Shown: one piece after another, positions 9,982 through 19,643 of the stretch
How positions within the stretch are numbered: position 1 is the stretch's first letter
How the letters are laid out: every line of letters begins with the position of its first letter
The notes under the pieces: model-generated
The model's database searches: none
What the model was told of the DNA's origin: nothing
Seen by the model: only the letters and a program-made list of their open reading frames with translations
From: an uncultured delta proteobacterium
GTDB taxonomy: Bacteria; Desulfobacterota; Binatia; Binatales; Binataceae
DNA: 64,000 nucleotides
NCBI GenBank assembly: GCA_963808235.1
Contig: CAWEEQ010000004.1
Location: 1,312,001 to 1,376,000, forward strand
Reading direction: 5' to 3'
Position numbers and translations under genes: made by a program

Positions 9982-10371
9982 ATGGAGATCCCGCAGGGAC
10001 TCAAATATTCGAAAGAGCATGAATGGGTTGCGACCGAGGACACGGTGGCGACCGTTGGATTGACCGATCACGCGCAGGACCAGTTGGGCGAGATCGTGTA
10101 CATCGAGTTGCCGGCGGTAGGCGACAAGGTCAGCAAGGATGATCCGTTCGGCGTCGTCGAGTCGGTGAAGGCGGTATCCGACATCTACGCGCCGGTCACC
10201 GGCACCGTTATCGAGGTCAACGAGGATTTGCCTGAAAGTCCCGAGACCGTGAACGAAGATCCGTACGGCGACGGGTGGCTGATCAAGGTGAAGATCGCGG
10301 ACATGAGCGATCTCGAGGACCTGATGGACAGCGACGAATACACCGAGATGCTCGCGCGCGAGAAGGAATAG
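9982..10371 (+). CDS. gcvH: Glycine cleavage system H protein (lipoyl carrier)
   Basis: YSKEHEW, VESVKAVSD (lipoyl-Lys), NEDPYGDGW. Confidence 0.96.
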   Translation: MEIPQGLKYSKEHEWVATEDTVATVGLTDHAQDQLGEIVYIELPAVGDKVSKDDPFGVVESVKAVSDIYAPVTGTVIEVNEDLPESPETVNEDPYGDGWLIKVKIADMSDLEDLMDSDEYTEMLAREKE

Positions 10372-10392
10372 TCGATCCGAAAAAAATCCTGG

Positions 10393-11757
10393 CTAGCTGC
10401 GTCGCGCCGCCGCGCCGGCACCCGGCTCGGGATTGTCGGCGGCGATCGCTTTCGACACGGAAAGCCGCACCGCGCCCGCGTGCGCAGGCGGATTCATGAA
10501 GACCATCAGGAAGGGAGCGGCGCCCGATGGCTCGATCGCGAACGATTTCTGCGGGCTCAAGCCTTGCGAAAATTCTATTTCGCGCGGCGTCATCTCGCCG
10601 AGCATCTTTGCCGACAACTCGTTGCCACAATAGACGCCCAGCCGCGACAGCGGCCGCGTTCCGCCACCGAGCAGTTCGGCGTCGATCTGAACGAGATGAA
10701 GCGCGCTCGCGCCGACGTTCTGCGCGGTGCCGGTGATCACGATCGCCACCTGCCCGCCCTTCAGAGTGCGATATTCCGTGTGAACGTCATGCAGCGCCAC
10801 CAGCATCGCGGGCACGATCGGCCGCGCGAAGTAGGGGCCTATCTGCGGGGCCTCGCTGAGCAAGCGGGCGCTTGCGACCGGCTCGCCGCAGATCAGGCTG
10901 CTCGCCGCGACGAAACCAATCGCGACCAGGAAAAACATAGCGACGAAGTATCCGGACGCATACGTCTTGCCGGGCATCGGAAGGTCGTCGGCCTCGTCGG
11001 CGAGATGACCGAGTTCGTATCCGGCGGACGTTGCCGGCTGCGGAGCTTGGGCGCGCGGGCGGCCAGCCTTGAGCGCCGCGGCAACGCGATGCGGCGACGC
11101 CGGCGCGGGACGAGCGGAGGGCTCGGCAGCCGCGACCGTAGTCGGCGCATGCATAATCGGCGCGCGTCGATCGGGCTCGGTGTCGAATTCAGCGGCGTCT
11201 CCAACCTCCCATCGATCGTCGTCGCCTTCGGGCGCGGCAATCTCATCCTCGTGCTCGGTGTCGGTGATCTCGCGGCTTTCATCGCTGAAATCGAACTTGA
11301 AATTCTCTCCAGTGCCGGCTCTCTGCTCGCGATCGCCGAACGTGCGATTGAGCGGATGATCGGATTCCAGTTCGCGCTCGTGGATATTTTCGGACGCGAT
11401 CGGCTCGGTACGCTCGATCTCCTGTTTCCCGGATTCAAAGTGCCTCGCGTCGACGGGATTCTCCGGCGCAGCCTCGGGTTCCGGCTGCGCGGCTCGCGCG
11501 GGCGCGATTGCCTCGCGCTTCACGCCGCTGGGCTCGACGGACGGTCGCGGCACGCTCGCACGCAAACGCGCGGGCCGAATCGTCTGCGCCGGCTGCGACT
11601 CAGTTTCGGTAACGGCGGGGCGCGTTTTCGCGGGAAGAGGATCCGCGTTGAACACGTGGCCGCACCGCGAACACTTGAAGGTCGGCGTGTCGTCGGGCAG
11701 CACCCGCTCGTCAATCCGATAGCGGGTATGGCAACTAGTACATTGAATTTCGATCAT
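10393..11757 (-). CDS. MJ0042-type zinc-ribbon / DUF3426 membrane-anchored protein
   Basis: N-terminal CTSC..CSRC, long acidic/Pro-rich linker, one TM helix, C-terminal beta domain. Confidence 0.8.
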   Translation of the reverse strand: MIEIQCTSCHTRYRIDERVLPDDTPTFKCSRCGHVFNADPLPAKTRPAVTETESQPAQTIRPARLRASVPRPSVEPSGVKREAIAPARAAQPEPEAAPENPVDARHFESGKQEIERTEPIASENIHERELESDHPLNRTFGDREQRAGTGENFKFDFSDESREITDTEHEDEIAAPEGDDDRWEVGDAAEFDTEPDRRAPIMHAPTTVAAAEPSARPAPASPHRVAAALKAGRPRAQAPQPATSAGYELGHLADEADDLPMPGKTYASGYFVAMFFLVAIGFVAASSLICGEPVASARLLSEAPQIGPYFARPIVPAMLVALHDVHTEYRTLKGGQVAIVITGTAQNVGASALHLVQIDAELLGGGTRPLSRLGVYCGNELSAKMLGEMTPREIEFSQGLSPQKSFAIEPSGAAPFLMVFMNPPAHAGAVRLSVSKAIAADNPEPGAGAAARRS

Positions 11758-11816
11758 CGCCCCTCACCCCAGCCCGTCAAAAAAAATATCACACCAGGCG
11801 TGAGCACGCATCCACC

Positions 11817-12941
11817 ATGCGAATAGCCCTGCTGACCCGGCGATTCGACAGCGGCGGCGGCGGCACCGAGCGCGATTTGATCGTGACGGCGGAATGCCTG
11901 CGCGCGGCCGGCCATCAGATCACGATATTCGCCGACGAGGTCCGCGGAATCGATGGCGACTGGAAGATCGTGCGCGTCGGAGGTGCTCCAATCGGACGCG
12001 CTCTGTCGCTGCTGCGATTCGCATACGGTGCTGCGCCGGCCGCGCGCCGGGCCGGAAACGACCTGGTGCTTAGTTTCGCGCGATGCGTCGGGGCGGACAT
12101 TATGCGCTCCGGCGGCGGGGCGCATGTGAGCTATCTTCGCGCGGCGCGAAAATGGCGCGGCGCTCTGGGCGCATATTCGATGCGTCTCAGCCCGTACCAT
12201 CAGGTGCAGATGCTCATAGAGCGCCAGGGCTTTCGCCACCGCGGGCTCAAGCGCACGGTCGCGGTGTCAAAGCTGGTGCGTGACGATTTGATTCGGGAGT
12301 TTGGCCTCGCACCCGACAAAACGATCACGATTTATAACGGTGTCGATCTCCAGAAATTCCGGCCGGCCGAGAGCGGCCGATCCGAACGCGCGGCGATTCG
12401 CCAAAAGTTCGTGATCCCGTCGAGCGCTCGAGTGGTGATTTTCGTGGGCAACGGATTCGCACGAAAAGGGCTCGGCTTTCTGATTGAAGCATGGCCGCTG
12501 GTCGCCGGCGGAGCGTTTTTGCTCGTGGTCGGCGCAGACCGTGCGACCGCGAAATTCGCGCGTCGCGCGCGCGAGCTCAACGTTGGCGCGCGCGTGGTAT
12601 TCGCGGGTCCGCAGCCGAACGTCGAGTCGTTGTTTCATGCGGCGGACGCGTTCGCATTGCCTTCGCTTTTCGAGCCGTTCGGCAATGTCGCGATAGAAGC
12701 GATGGCGAGCGGGTTGCCAGTGATGACCAGCGCATTTTCGGGCGTCGCTGAGTTGATACCGCCGTCGATGCGCGGGTTTCGAGTCGAGAACCCCACCGAC
12801 CCTGGCGAGATTGCGCTTCGCCTGGGCGCCATGCTCGATGCGCCGGCAAACATTGGAGCGCAGGCGCGCGCGGTGGCGGAAAAGTTTACCTGGGAGCGTT
12901 ATGCGACCGAGTTGAACGCGCTCGTCGAGTCGTTGAAGTGA
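11817..12941 (+). CDS. GT4 glycosyltransferase (RfaG/WaaG-like)
   Basis: GGGTER, YNGVD, RKG, FEPFGNVAIEAMASG. Confidence 0.92.
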   Translation: MRIALLTRRFDSGGGGTERDLIVTAECLRAAGHQITIFADEVRGIDGDWKIVRVGGAPIGRALSLLRFAYGAAPAARRAGNDLVLSFARCVGADIMRSGGGAHVSYLRAARKWRGALGAYSMRLSPYHQVQMLIERQGFRHRGLKRTVAVSKLVRDDLIREFGLAPDKTITIYNGVDLQKFRPAESGRSERAAIRQKFVIPSSARVVIFVGNGFARKGLGFLIEAWPLVAGGAFLLVVGADRATAKFARRARELNVGARVVFAGPQPNVESLFHAADAFALPSLFEPFGNVAIEAMASGLPVMTSAFSGVAELIPPSMRGFRVENPTDPGEIALRLGAMLDAPANIGAQARAVAEKFTWERYATELNALVESLK

Positions 12942-12953
12942 AACTTCAGCTGC

Positions 12954-13805
12954 TCAGTGATGTCCGCCCAGGCCGTCGAACATGCCGCGCGCAATCGCGA
13001 GCCTGCGCTCCTCGCGCGCGATTCGCGGCAGTCCCGCGCCGATCAGTTGCGCGAAGCGCAGCCGCGTCAATGCGATCGCATTTTTGGTGATCACTTCCAT
13101 CGCGGAATGCTTTTCATGGATCATGCGGCAGCGACCGCGCTCACGCGCGATCCGGATGAAGCGCTCGCGGTCGGCACGCGATCGATCGACTTCGTGATAG
13201 ACGAGCGCTTTGGGTGCGTAGCCGATCCGAAAGCCCGCGCGTCTTAGCCGCGCCGACATTTCGGTCTCCTCCTCATGTCCGCCCGCACCCGGCCCGAGTC
13301 GCTCGTCGAATGGCCCGACCTGTCTCAGAGCCGTCGCGCGGAATGCCATGTTCGCGCCGAGCACGCCGCGGACTTCGACTACGTGATCGCCGTCGTCGGC
13401 AATCGGCAGGTCGAGATAGACGGCCATCGGGCCGACTTTCTTATCGGGATCTTCGGCCGGGAGGATTCTTCCCTTCATGGCCGCAAACTCGGGATGGGTA
13501 TCGAAGAACGATTCGACCGCGTCGAGATACCTAGCCGCCACGGTCAGATCGTCGTCAAGAAAGACCAGAATCTCACCGGTCGCCTCCGCGATCGCGCGAT
13601 TCTGGATGTGGCATTTTCCGGGCCGCGGTTCGTGCAGGTGCTTTAGCGTAACGCCTTCGGTCGCCAATCGCGTCGGCGCAGGCGTTCCATTTTCCGCCAC
13701 GATGACTTCGCGCGTTCCGGACGCGAGTTCCGGCGCGAGACTGGCGATCAGCCTCGCGAGCGACGCGGGCCGCGCGTGAGTTGCGATTATGATCGAGGTC
13801 TTCAA
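12954..13805 (-). CDS. GT2 glycosyltransferase
   Basis: SIIIATH, FLDDD, GANMAFR, FDERLG. Confidence 0.9.
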   Translation of the reverse strand: MKTSIIIATHARPASLARLIASLAPELASGTREVIVAENGTPAPTRLATEGVTLKHLHEPRPGKCHIQNRAIAEATGEILVFLDDDLTVAARYLDAVESFFDTHPEFAAMKGRILPAEDPDKKVGPMAVYLDLPIADDGDHVVEVRGVLGANMAFRATALRQVGPFDERLGPGAGGHEEETEMSARLRRAGFRIGYAPKALVYHEVDRSRADRERFIRIARERGRCRMIHEKHSAMEVITKNAIALTRLRFAQLIGAGLPRIAREERRLAIARGMFDGLGGHH

Positions 13806-13808
13806 CTC

Positions 13809-14513
13809 TTATGCGACTGTTTCCACTTTACGGAATCGCATCACGATATTCTCGTCCATCAGCAGGCTCGCGCTGGTCATGAATCGTAGCAGGTCGCGAT
13901 TTATCTGGCGTTGCGCCGGATCCTTGACGCGACCGTAGAGCATCCAGGAAAAGCCCACGATGAACGGGTAAAGAATCGGCGCGAAAATGATCGAGCGCAG
14001 CTTGCGCTTGCTCCGCCCGAGCGCTTCCATCCGAAGTCCGGCGCCCCACGCGATCCAGTGCAGGTCGTTGAGGCCCATCACGTGCCAGTTGCGTCCGTCC
14101 GCGACGCGGTAGCGATATGACAATGGCGCGCGGCGGCCCTTGTAGTAACCGCTCAGCAGGTAGTGGATTCGCGAGTTCACGTTCAGGCGATTGGGCGTGG
14201 TGACGATCGCGACTGCACCGGGACGCATCACGCGCGCGATCTCGCCAAGTGCGTGCGGGATATCGGCAAGATGCTCGATCACCTCGAGCAGCGTCACCAA
14301 GTCGAAGCATCCGGTCTGAAAGGGCAGGTCGCTGTTGAGATTGACCGCAACCCAGCCGGGATTGCGCGTACGATACTCGGTCGAGACGACGCGCCACCCG
14401 CGCTCGGCGAGCATGCGGCTGGAGAGGCCGTCGCCGGCGCTCAAATCGAGCGCGCGTGCTGAAGGTCCCGGGGCCGGTGCAAGCGCGATCGCGCCGCGAA
14501 CCCGTTCACTCAT
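13809..14513 (-). CDS. Class I SAM-dependent methyltransferase
   Basis: LDLSAGDG motif I, FDLVTLLEVIEHL, TTPN. Confidence 0.88.
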   Translation of the reverse strand: MSERVRGAIALAPAPGPSARALDLSAGDGLSSRMLAERGWRVVSTEYRTRNPGWVAVNLNSDLPFQTGCFDLVTLLEVIEHLADIPHALGEIARVMRPGAVAIVTTPNRLNVNSRIHYLLSGYYKGRRAPLSYRYRVADGRNWHVMGLNDLHWIAWGAGLRMEALGRSKRKLRSIIFAPILYPFIVGFSWMLYGRVKDPAQRQINRDLLRFMTSASLLMDENIVMRFRKVETVA

Positions 14514-14625
14514 CGCAACGGCAAATGGTGTTTCACTTTATCACTGACGCCTCGCGCTCAAGACCGCGGCGCAAAGTCTTGAATCGGAATGTCGCGACGG
14601 TTAAACCGTATACTCTTGCCCGCTC

Positions 14626-14711
14626 GCGAGAGTGGCGGAACGGCAGACGCGCAAGGCTCAGGACCTTGTGAGCGCAAGCTCGTGGGGGTTCAAGTCCCCC
14701 CTCTCGCACCA
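14626..14711 (+). tRNA. tRNA-Leu(CAG)
   Basis: Acceptor GCGAGAG/CTCTCGC. Anticodon arm CAAGG-CTCAGGA-CCTTG. Long variable arm GAGC-GCAA-GCTC. T arm GGGGG-TTCAAGT-CCCCC. Encoded CCA. Confidence 0.97.
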
Positions 14712-14739
14712 ATTCCCTTCGGACGGGAGTCAGCGCGTG

Positions 14740-14997
14740 CTAGTAGGGCGCGGGAGTTACTTCGCCGGATGACTTGTTGCCACTGGTCTCGGCGCCGTGG
14801 CATTTCGCGACATCCGCCTCGCTGCCGCCGACCGCCGATGCGATCTCAGCGTCGGTGCGTCCCGATTCCGCCTGCAGCTTCACGACGTTGCAATCGACGT
14901 GGTCGCTGGAAATCGAGCTGCACCCGGAAAGCCCGCCGCCGATTATCATAGTTCCAATTGCCGCTGCGATACCCAGTTTGCGAAGCGCATCAACCAT
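14740..14997 (-). CDS. Small lipoprotein, unknown function
   Basis: Signal peptide with lipobox LSGC, two further Cys, GGAGG RBS. Confidence 0.7.
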   Translation of the reverse strand: MVDALRKLGIAAAIGTMIIGGGLSGCSSISSDHVDCNVVKLQAESGRTDAEIASAVGGSEADVAKCHGAETSGNKSSGEVTPAPY

Positions 14998-15202
14998 GAA
15001 ACTGTCCCTCCGAAGTCAAAATCCGCCCATCCCCAAATGGCCGGGCATCGGAAAGATATTATTAAGCCACCTGACTTTACAAGCTTGACTCTTTTACTGA
15101 TCAGAGAGTACGAGTCGCGCTTTCGCTGGCTTGAGAGGCGCCCGCGCGGACAATATGATTTGGGATTCGAAGGGCGCGCGTAGCGCCCTTTCCCGACTCA
15201 GG

Positions 15203-17866
15203 ATGCCAGCAGTGGAATTGCCCAAGACATTCGATTCCAAAGCCGCTGAAGAGCGATGGTTCCAGCGCTGGATCGATCTCGGCTACTTCAAGGCCGACCC
15301 GTCGCGCGAAGGCAAAGTATTTTCGATCGTCATCCCGCCGCCCAACGTTACCGGCCAGCTTCATCTCGGCCATGCGCTGAACGTCTCGCTGCAGGACATC
15401 ATCGTGCGCACGCGCCGGATGCAGGGCTACAACACGCTCTGGCTCCCCGGCACCGATCACGCGGGAATCGCCACGCAGAACGCGGTCGAAAAGGATCTCG
15501 CGAAGGAAGGCAAGAACCGCCATCAACTCGGCCGCGAGCCATTTGTCGATCGAGTCTGGCAATGGCGCGAGACTTACGGTGGCCGAATCCTGAATCAGTT
15601 GCGACGCCTGGGCGCATCCTGTGACTGGAGCCGCGAGCGCTTCACGCTCGACCCCGGACTCTCCCGCGCGGTGACCAAGGTCTTCGTCGATCTTTACAAC
15701 AAGGGAATGATCTACCGCGCCAAGCGGCTCATCAACTGGTGTCCGCGATGCGAAACAGCGCTCTCCGATCTCGAAGTCGATCACAAGGATGTGAATGGGC
15801 ATCTTTGGTACATTCGCTATCCGTTCGCCGATGGTAGCGGTGAAATCACGATCGCGACGACGCGGCCCGAGACGATTCTGGGCGATACCGCAGTCGCGGT
15901 GAATCCCGATGACGAGCGCTACAAAGCGTTAGTCGGCAAAACGATCCGGCTGCCGCTGATCGGGCGGGAGATAAAGATCATCGCCGATGCCGCAATCGAT
16001 CGCGAATTTGGTACCGGCGCATTGAAGGTGACTCCCGGCCACGACCCGATCGACTTCGAACTTGGCAAGCGCCACGGCCTCGAGCAGATCTCGATTCTCG
16101 ACGGCCAGGCGCGCATCAACGAGAACGGCGGCCCGTATCGCGGCCTCTCGCGCGAGGAAGCGCGCAAGCAAGTCGTCAAGGACCTCGAGGCGGCGGGCCT
16201 GCTCGAAAAGATCGAGCCGCACAAGCATGCCGTCGGCGTATGCTCGCGATGCGACACGATCGTCGAGCCAATGCTCTCCGAGCAGTGGTTCCTGCGCATG
16301 CGTGAGATGGCCGATCGCGCGATCGCGGCAGTTCGCAACGGCGACACGACTTTCCATCCGAAGTTCTGGGAGAACACTTTCTTCAACTGGCTGGAGAACA
16401 TCCACGACTGGTGTATCTCGCGACAGTTGTGGTGGGGGCATCGGATTCCCGCCTACCGATGCGTCCGCTGCGACCATCTGATCGTCGCGGCGGAGCGCCC
16501 CTCGCGATGCCCGGAGTGCGACGGCTCGGACATCATCCAGGATGACGACGTGCTCGACACGTGGTTTAGCTCGGGCCTGTGGCCGATGTCGACGCTCGGA
16601 TGGCCCGACGACACTCCGGACTTCGCGCGCTACTACCCGACCAGCCTGCTGCTGACCGGTTTCGACATCATTTTTTTCTGGGTCGCGCGGATGATGATGT
16701 TTGGGCTGGAGGTCACCGACAAGGTTCCATTCAAGGACGTGTACATCACGCCGCTGGTGCGCGACGAGCTTGGCAAGAAGATGACCAAGTCGAAGGGCAA
16801 CGTCGTGGACCCGCTCGACCTGATGGAGCAATACGGCGCGGACGCGGTGCGCTTTACGCTCGCGCAGTTGGCCGCGCAGGGCCGCGACGTGATCCTGTCG
16901 CACGATCGTTTCGCCGCGTCGCGCGCATTCGCAAACAAAATCTGGAACGCGGCGCGCTTCGTGATGATGAATCTCGAAGGCGCGCGGCGGCCGCTGCCCC
17001 GCGTCGAGATTGCGACGCTTGGACTCGCGGAGCGATGGATTCTCTCGCGCCTCGACGCGACGATCCGCGAAGTCACTCGCGCGATCGACGCCTACGAATT
17101 CAACCTCGCCGCGATGCGCCTGTACCAGTTCATCTGGCACGAGTTCTGTGACTGGTACATCGAACTGTCAAAGGAACCGCTCAAGAGCGGCGGCGACCGC
17201 CAGGCGGGTGCGCGATGGGTGCTGATCAACGTCTTCGACAAGATGCTGCGACTGCTGCATCCCTTCATGCCGTTCGTGTCGGAGGAGATCTGGCAAGTCA
17301 TCCGGCCGCATTTGGATGAGCCGAATCTCGAGCAGCATCTGCCGATCGCGAAATATCCCGAAGCGTCGGCAACGAATCCGCTTTCGGCGGCGGAAGAGAC
17401 CGCGATGAATCACTGCATCGAGGCAACCGAGGCCATAAACTCCCTGCGCTCGCTGCTTGGATGGCATCCCGGGCAACGCGTGGACGGCGTGATCATGCAA
17501 CGCGGGCCTCTTGACGAGACCTATATGTGGATCAAATACGCGAAGGTCCTTGGCAAGCTAGGGAACGTTGAGACGGAGCAGCAGTCGGGAGAGCGTATCG
17601 TCCTTATTCATCTAGCTTGGGCAGACATAGGAATTAGAGTACCTCCTGAATTCGACTATCAGCGGACAAGGCAGAAGCTTCAGAAGGATCTAGAGGACGT
17701 TTTGAAACACGCGACACAACATGAAGCGCGGCTCAACGATTCAAAGTTCATGCAAAAGGCCGACGTCGAGACTGTGGAGAGTGTAAGCGCGCGCTTTCAG
17801 GAATTGAAAGTCCAAAGCACCCGATTGCAACAACAGATCCAGCAATTGGACGCTGCAGTGGATTGA
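15203..17866 (+). CDS. valS: Valine--tRNA ligase
   Basis: PPPNVTGQLHLGH (HIGH), DHAGIATQ, WCISRQLWWGH, KMTKS (KMSKS). Confidence 0.97.
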   Translation: MPAVELPKTFDSKAAEERWFQRWIDLGYFKADPSREGKVFSIVIPPPNVTGQLHLGHALNVSLQDIIVRTRRMQGYNTLWLPGTDHAGIATQNAVEKDLAKEGKNRHQLGREPFVDRVWQWRETYGGRILNQLRRLGASCDWSRERFTLDPGLSRAVTKVFVDLYNKGMIYRAKRLINWCPRCETALSDLEVDHKDVNGHLWYIRYPFADGSGEITIATTRPETILGDTAVAVNPDDERYKALVGKTIRLPLIGREIKIIADAAIDREFGTGALKVTPGHDPIDFELGKRHGLEQISILDGQARINENGGPYRGLSREEARKQVVKDLEAAGLLEKIEPHKHAVGVCSRCDTIVEPMLSEQWFLRMREMADRAIAAVRNGDTTFHPKFWENTFFNWLENIHDWCISRQLWWGHRIPAYRCVRCDHLIVAAERPSRCPECDGSDIIQDDDVLDTWFSSGLWPMSTLGWPDDTPDFARYYPTSLLLTGFDIIFFWVARMMMFGLEVTDKVPFKDVYITPLVRDELGKKMTKSKGNVVDPLDLMEQYGADAVRFTLAQLAAQGRDVILSHDRFAASRAFANKIWNAARFVMMNLEGARRPLPRVEIATLGLAERWILSRLDATIREVTRAIDAYEFNLAAMRLYQFIWHEFCDWYIELSKEPLKSGGDRQAGARWVLINVFDKMLRLLHPFMPFVSEEIWQVIRPHLDEPNLEQHLPIAKYPEASATNPLSAAEETAMNHCIEATEAINSLRSLLGWHPGQRVDGVIMQRGPLDETYMWIKYAKVLGKLGNVETEQQSGERIVLIHLAWADIGIRVPPEFDYQRTRQKLQKDLEDVLKHATQHEARLNDSKFMQKADVETVESVSARFQELKVQSTRLQQQIQQLDAAVD

Positions 17867-18711
17867 TGGAACTGTTCCAGCAATTCGATCCCACCGAACT
17901 CATCAAGCGGGCGCTCGCCGAAGATGTGGGGCAGGGCGATATCACTACTGTCGCGACTGTTGCGCCGGGACAGAAGGGGCGCGCGCGAATCAAAGTCAAA
18001 GAACCGCGAATGATTCTTGCCGGCGGCATCTTCCTCGAACCCGTGATGCGAATGACTGGCGCCGAGCCGCGCATCGTCAAGCTCGCTACGGAAGGTGCGG
18101 AGCTCAAGGCCGGTGAGACGCTGGCCGAAGTCGATGGAAAGCTCGCGGGACTCCTCACCGGTGAGCGCACCGCGCTGAATTTCATCCAGCTCTTGTCCGG
18201 TATCGCGACGACGACCCGCACTTTCGTCGATGCGATCGCGGGCACCCGCGCGAAAATCATCGACACCCGCAAAACGCATCCGGGACTGCGCATCGTCGAG
18301 AAGTACGCGGTCCGCGTTGGCGGTGGACATAATCATCGCCACGGCCTGGATAGCGGCGTCCTGATCAAAGAAAACCACATTGCGGCGGCGGGCTCGGTCA
18401 CGAAGGCGATCGAGAGCGCACGCCGCATCGCGCCGCATACGCTCAAGATCGAGATCGAATGCGAGACGCTCGCGCAAGTCGACGAGGCCATCAAAGCCCG
18501 TGCCGACGCCATCTTGCTCGACAACATGCCGCTCGAGGACATCCACAACGCGCGCGCGATGGCGCGCGGCGTCATCCTCGAAGTTTCCGGCGGCGTGACC
18601 CTCGACACAGTTCGCGCAATCGCTGAAACCGGCGTCGATCTAATCTCTGTCGGCGCGTTGACTCATTCAGCCCGCGCCGTCGATATAAGCTTGAGAATCG
18701 AAGCTATGTAG
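17866..18711 (+). CDS. nadC: Nicotinate-nucleotide pyrophosphorylase (quinolinate PRTase)
   Basis: GDITT, ERTALN, DTRKTHPG, HRHGL, KENH, LLDN, GALTHS. Confidence 0.96.
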   Translation: MELFQQFDPTELIKRALAEDVGQGDITTVATVAPGQKGRARIKVKEPRMILAGGIFLEPVMRMTGAEPRIVKLATEGAELKAGETLAEVDGKLAGLLTGERTALNFIQLLSGIATTTRTFVDAIAGTRAKIIDTRKTHPGLRIVEKYAVRVGGGHNHRHGLDSGVLIKENHIAAAGSVTKAIESARRIAPHTLKIEIECETLAQVDEAIKARADAILLDNMPLEDIHNARAMARGVILEVSGGVTLDTVRAIAETGVDLISVGALTHSARAVDISLRIEAM

Positions 18712-18731
18712 CTGCGCATGTCAGGTGAAGT

Positions 18732-19547
18732 TTGCCTGCACCGTCCAAACCGCAGAAAAATCCCTACCTCGCGATCGAACGCGGCGAACCGGGCCGGATC
18801 GGTTGGCGCATACACTATTTCGACGAAATCGACTCCACCCAAAACGCCGCGCGCGAACTTGCTGCCGCGGGCGCTGACCAGGGCACCGTCGTAATCGCAG
18901 AGCGACAGACCGCGGGCCGCGGCCGGATGGGCCGCACGTGGCATTCGCCGGCGGGAGTTAATCTCTACGCGACGATAATTTTGCGCCCGCCGATTCCGAT
19001 GACCGACGTGCCGAGGCTGAGTCTTGTTGCGGGCGTCGCGGCGGCGCAGGCGCTCGAGCGCGAAGCAGTCGGAATCGTCGCGCTCAAGTGGCCCAACGAC
19101 TTGTGGCTCCGCGGACGCAAGGCCGGGGGCATCATCGCCGAGGCGGTGACCGACGCGCGGGGCCGGCTCAACTGCGTGCTTTTGGGAATCGGGATAAACA
19201 TCAATCTCGCCGCCGAGGACATTCCCGACCAACTGCGCGACAAGGCCACCTCGATGCGCATCGCGACCGGCCATCCATGCGATCGTATCGCGATTGCGGA
19301 TTCGCTTTTTAATCTGCTCGACTCCCGCTATATGGAAACCCTGACCCGCGGCTTCGAGGCGGTCCGCCCAATGTGGGAACGTTACTCGGCGCTGACCGGC
19401 AAGCGGGTCTCGATTGTCGTCGGCGATCGGCGCGAATCGGGGGTTGTGAAAGGAATCGACGCGGGAGGCGCACTGCTGCTAGACATCGGAGAGCGAATCG
19501 AGCGGATTGTCGCCGGCGAAGTGAGCGTCGAGGGCGCGTACGAGTAA
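18732..19547 (+). CDS. birA: Biotin--protein ligase (no N-terminal HTH)
   Basis: DSTQN, QTAGRGRMGRTW, KWPND, KAGGI, GIGIN. Confidence 0.93.
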   Translation: MPAPSKPQKNPYLAIERGEPGRIGWRIHYFDEIDSTQNAARELAAAGADQGTVVIAERQTAGRGRMGRTWHSPAGVNLYATIILRPPIPMTDVPRLSLVAGVAAAQALEREAVGIVALKWPNDLWLRGRKAGGIIAEAVTDARGRLNCVLLGIGININLAAEDIPDQLRDKATSMRIATGHPCDRIAIADSLFNLLDSRYMETLTRGFEAVRPMWERYSALTGKRVSIVVGDRRESGVVKGIDAGGALLLDIGERIERIVAGEVSVEGAYE

Positions 19548-19643
19548 GCTATATGTGATGTGCACGAAATAACTGCTTCGTTCGAGGCGCGGCGCGCTCG
19601 AATCGGCGCCGCTCTCGCGAGGCTTCGGAGAGAGGTAGTCGCT

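Noticed and set aside
14626-15000. tRNA-Leu as an integration site
   Set aside because: No integrase and no duplicated tRNA 3' end seen in the window.
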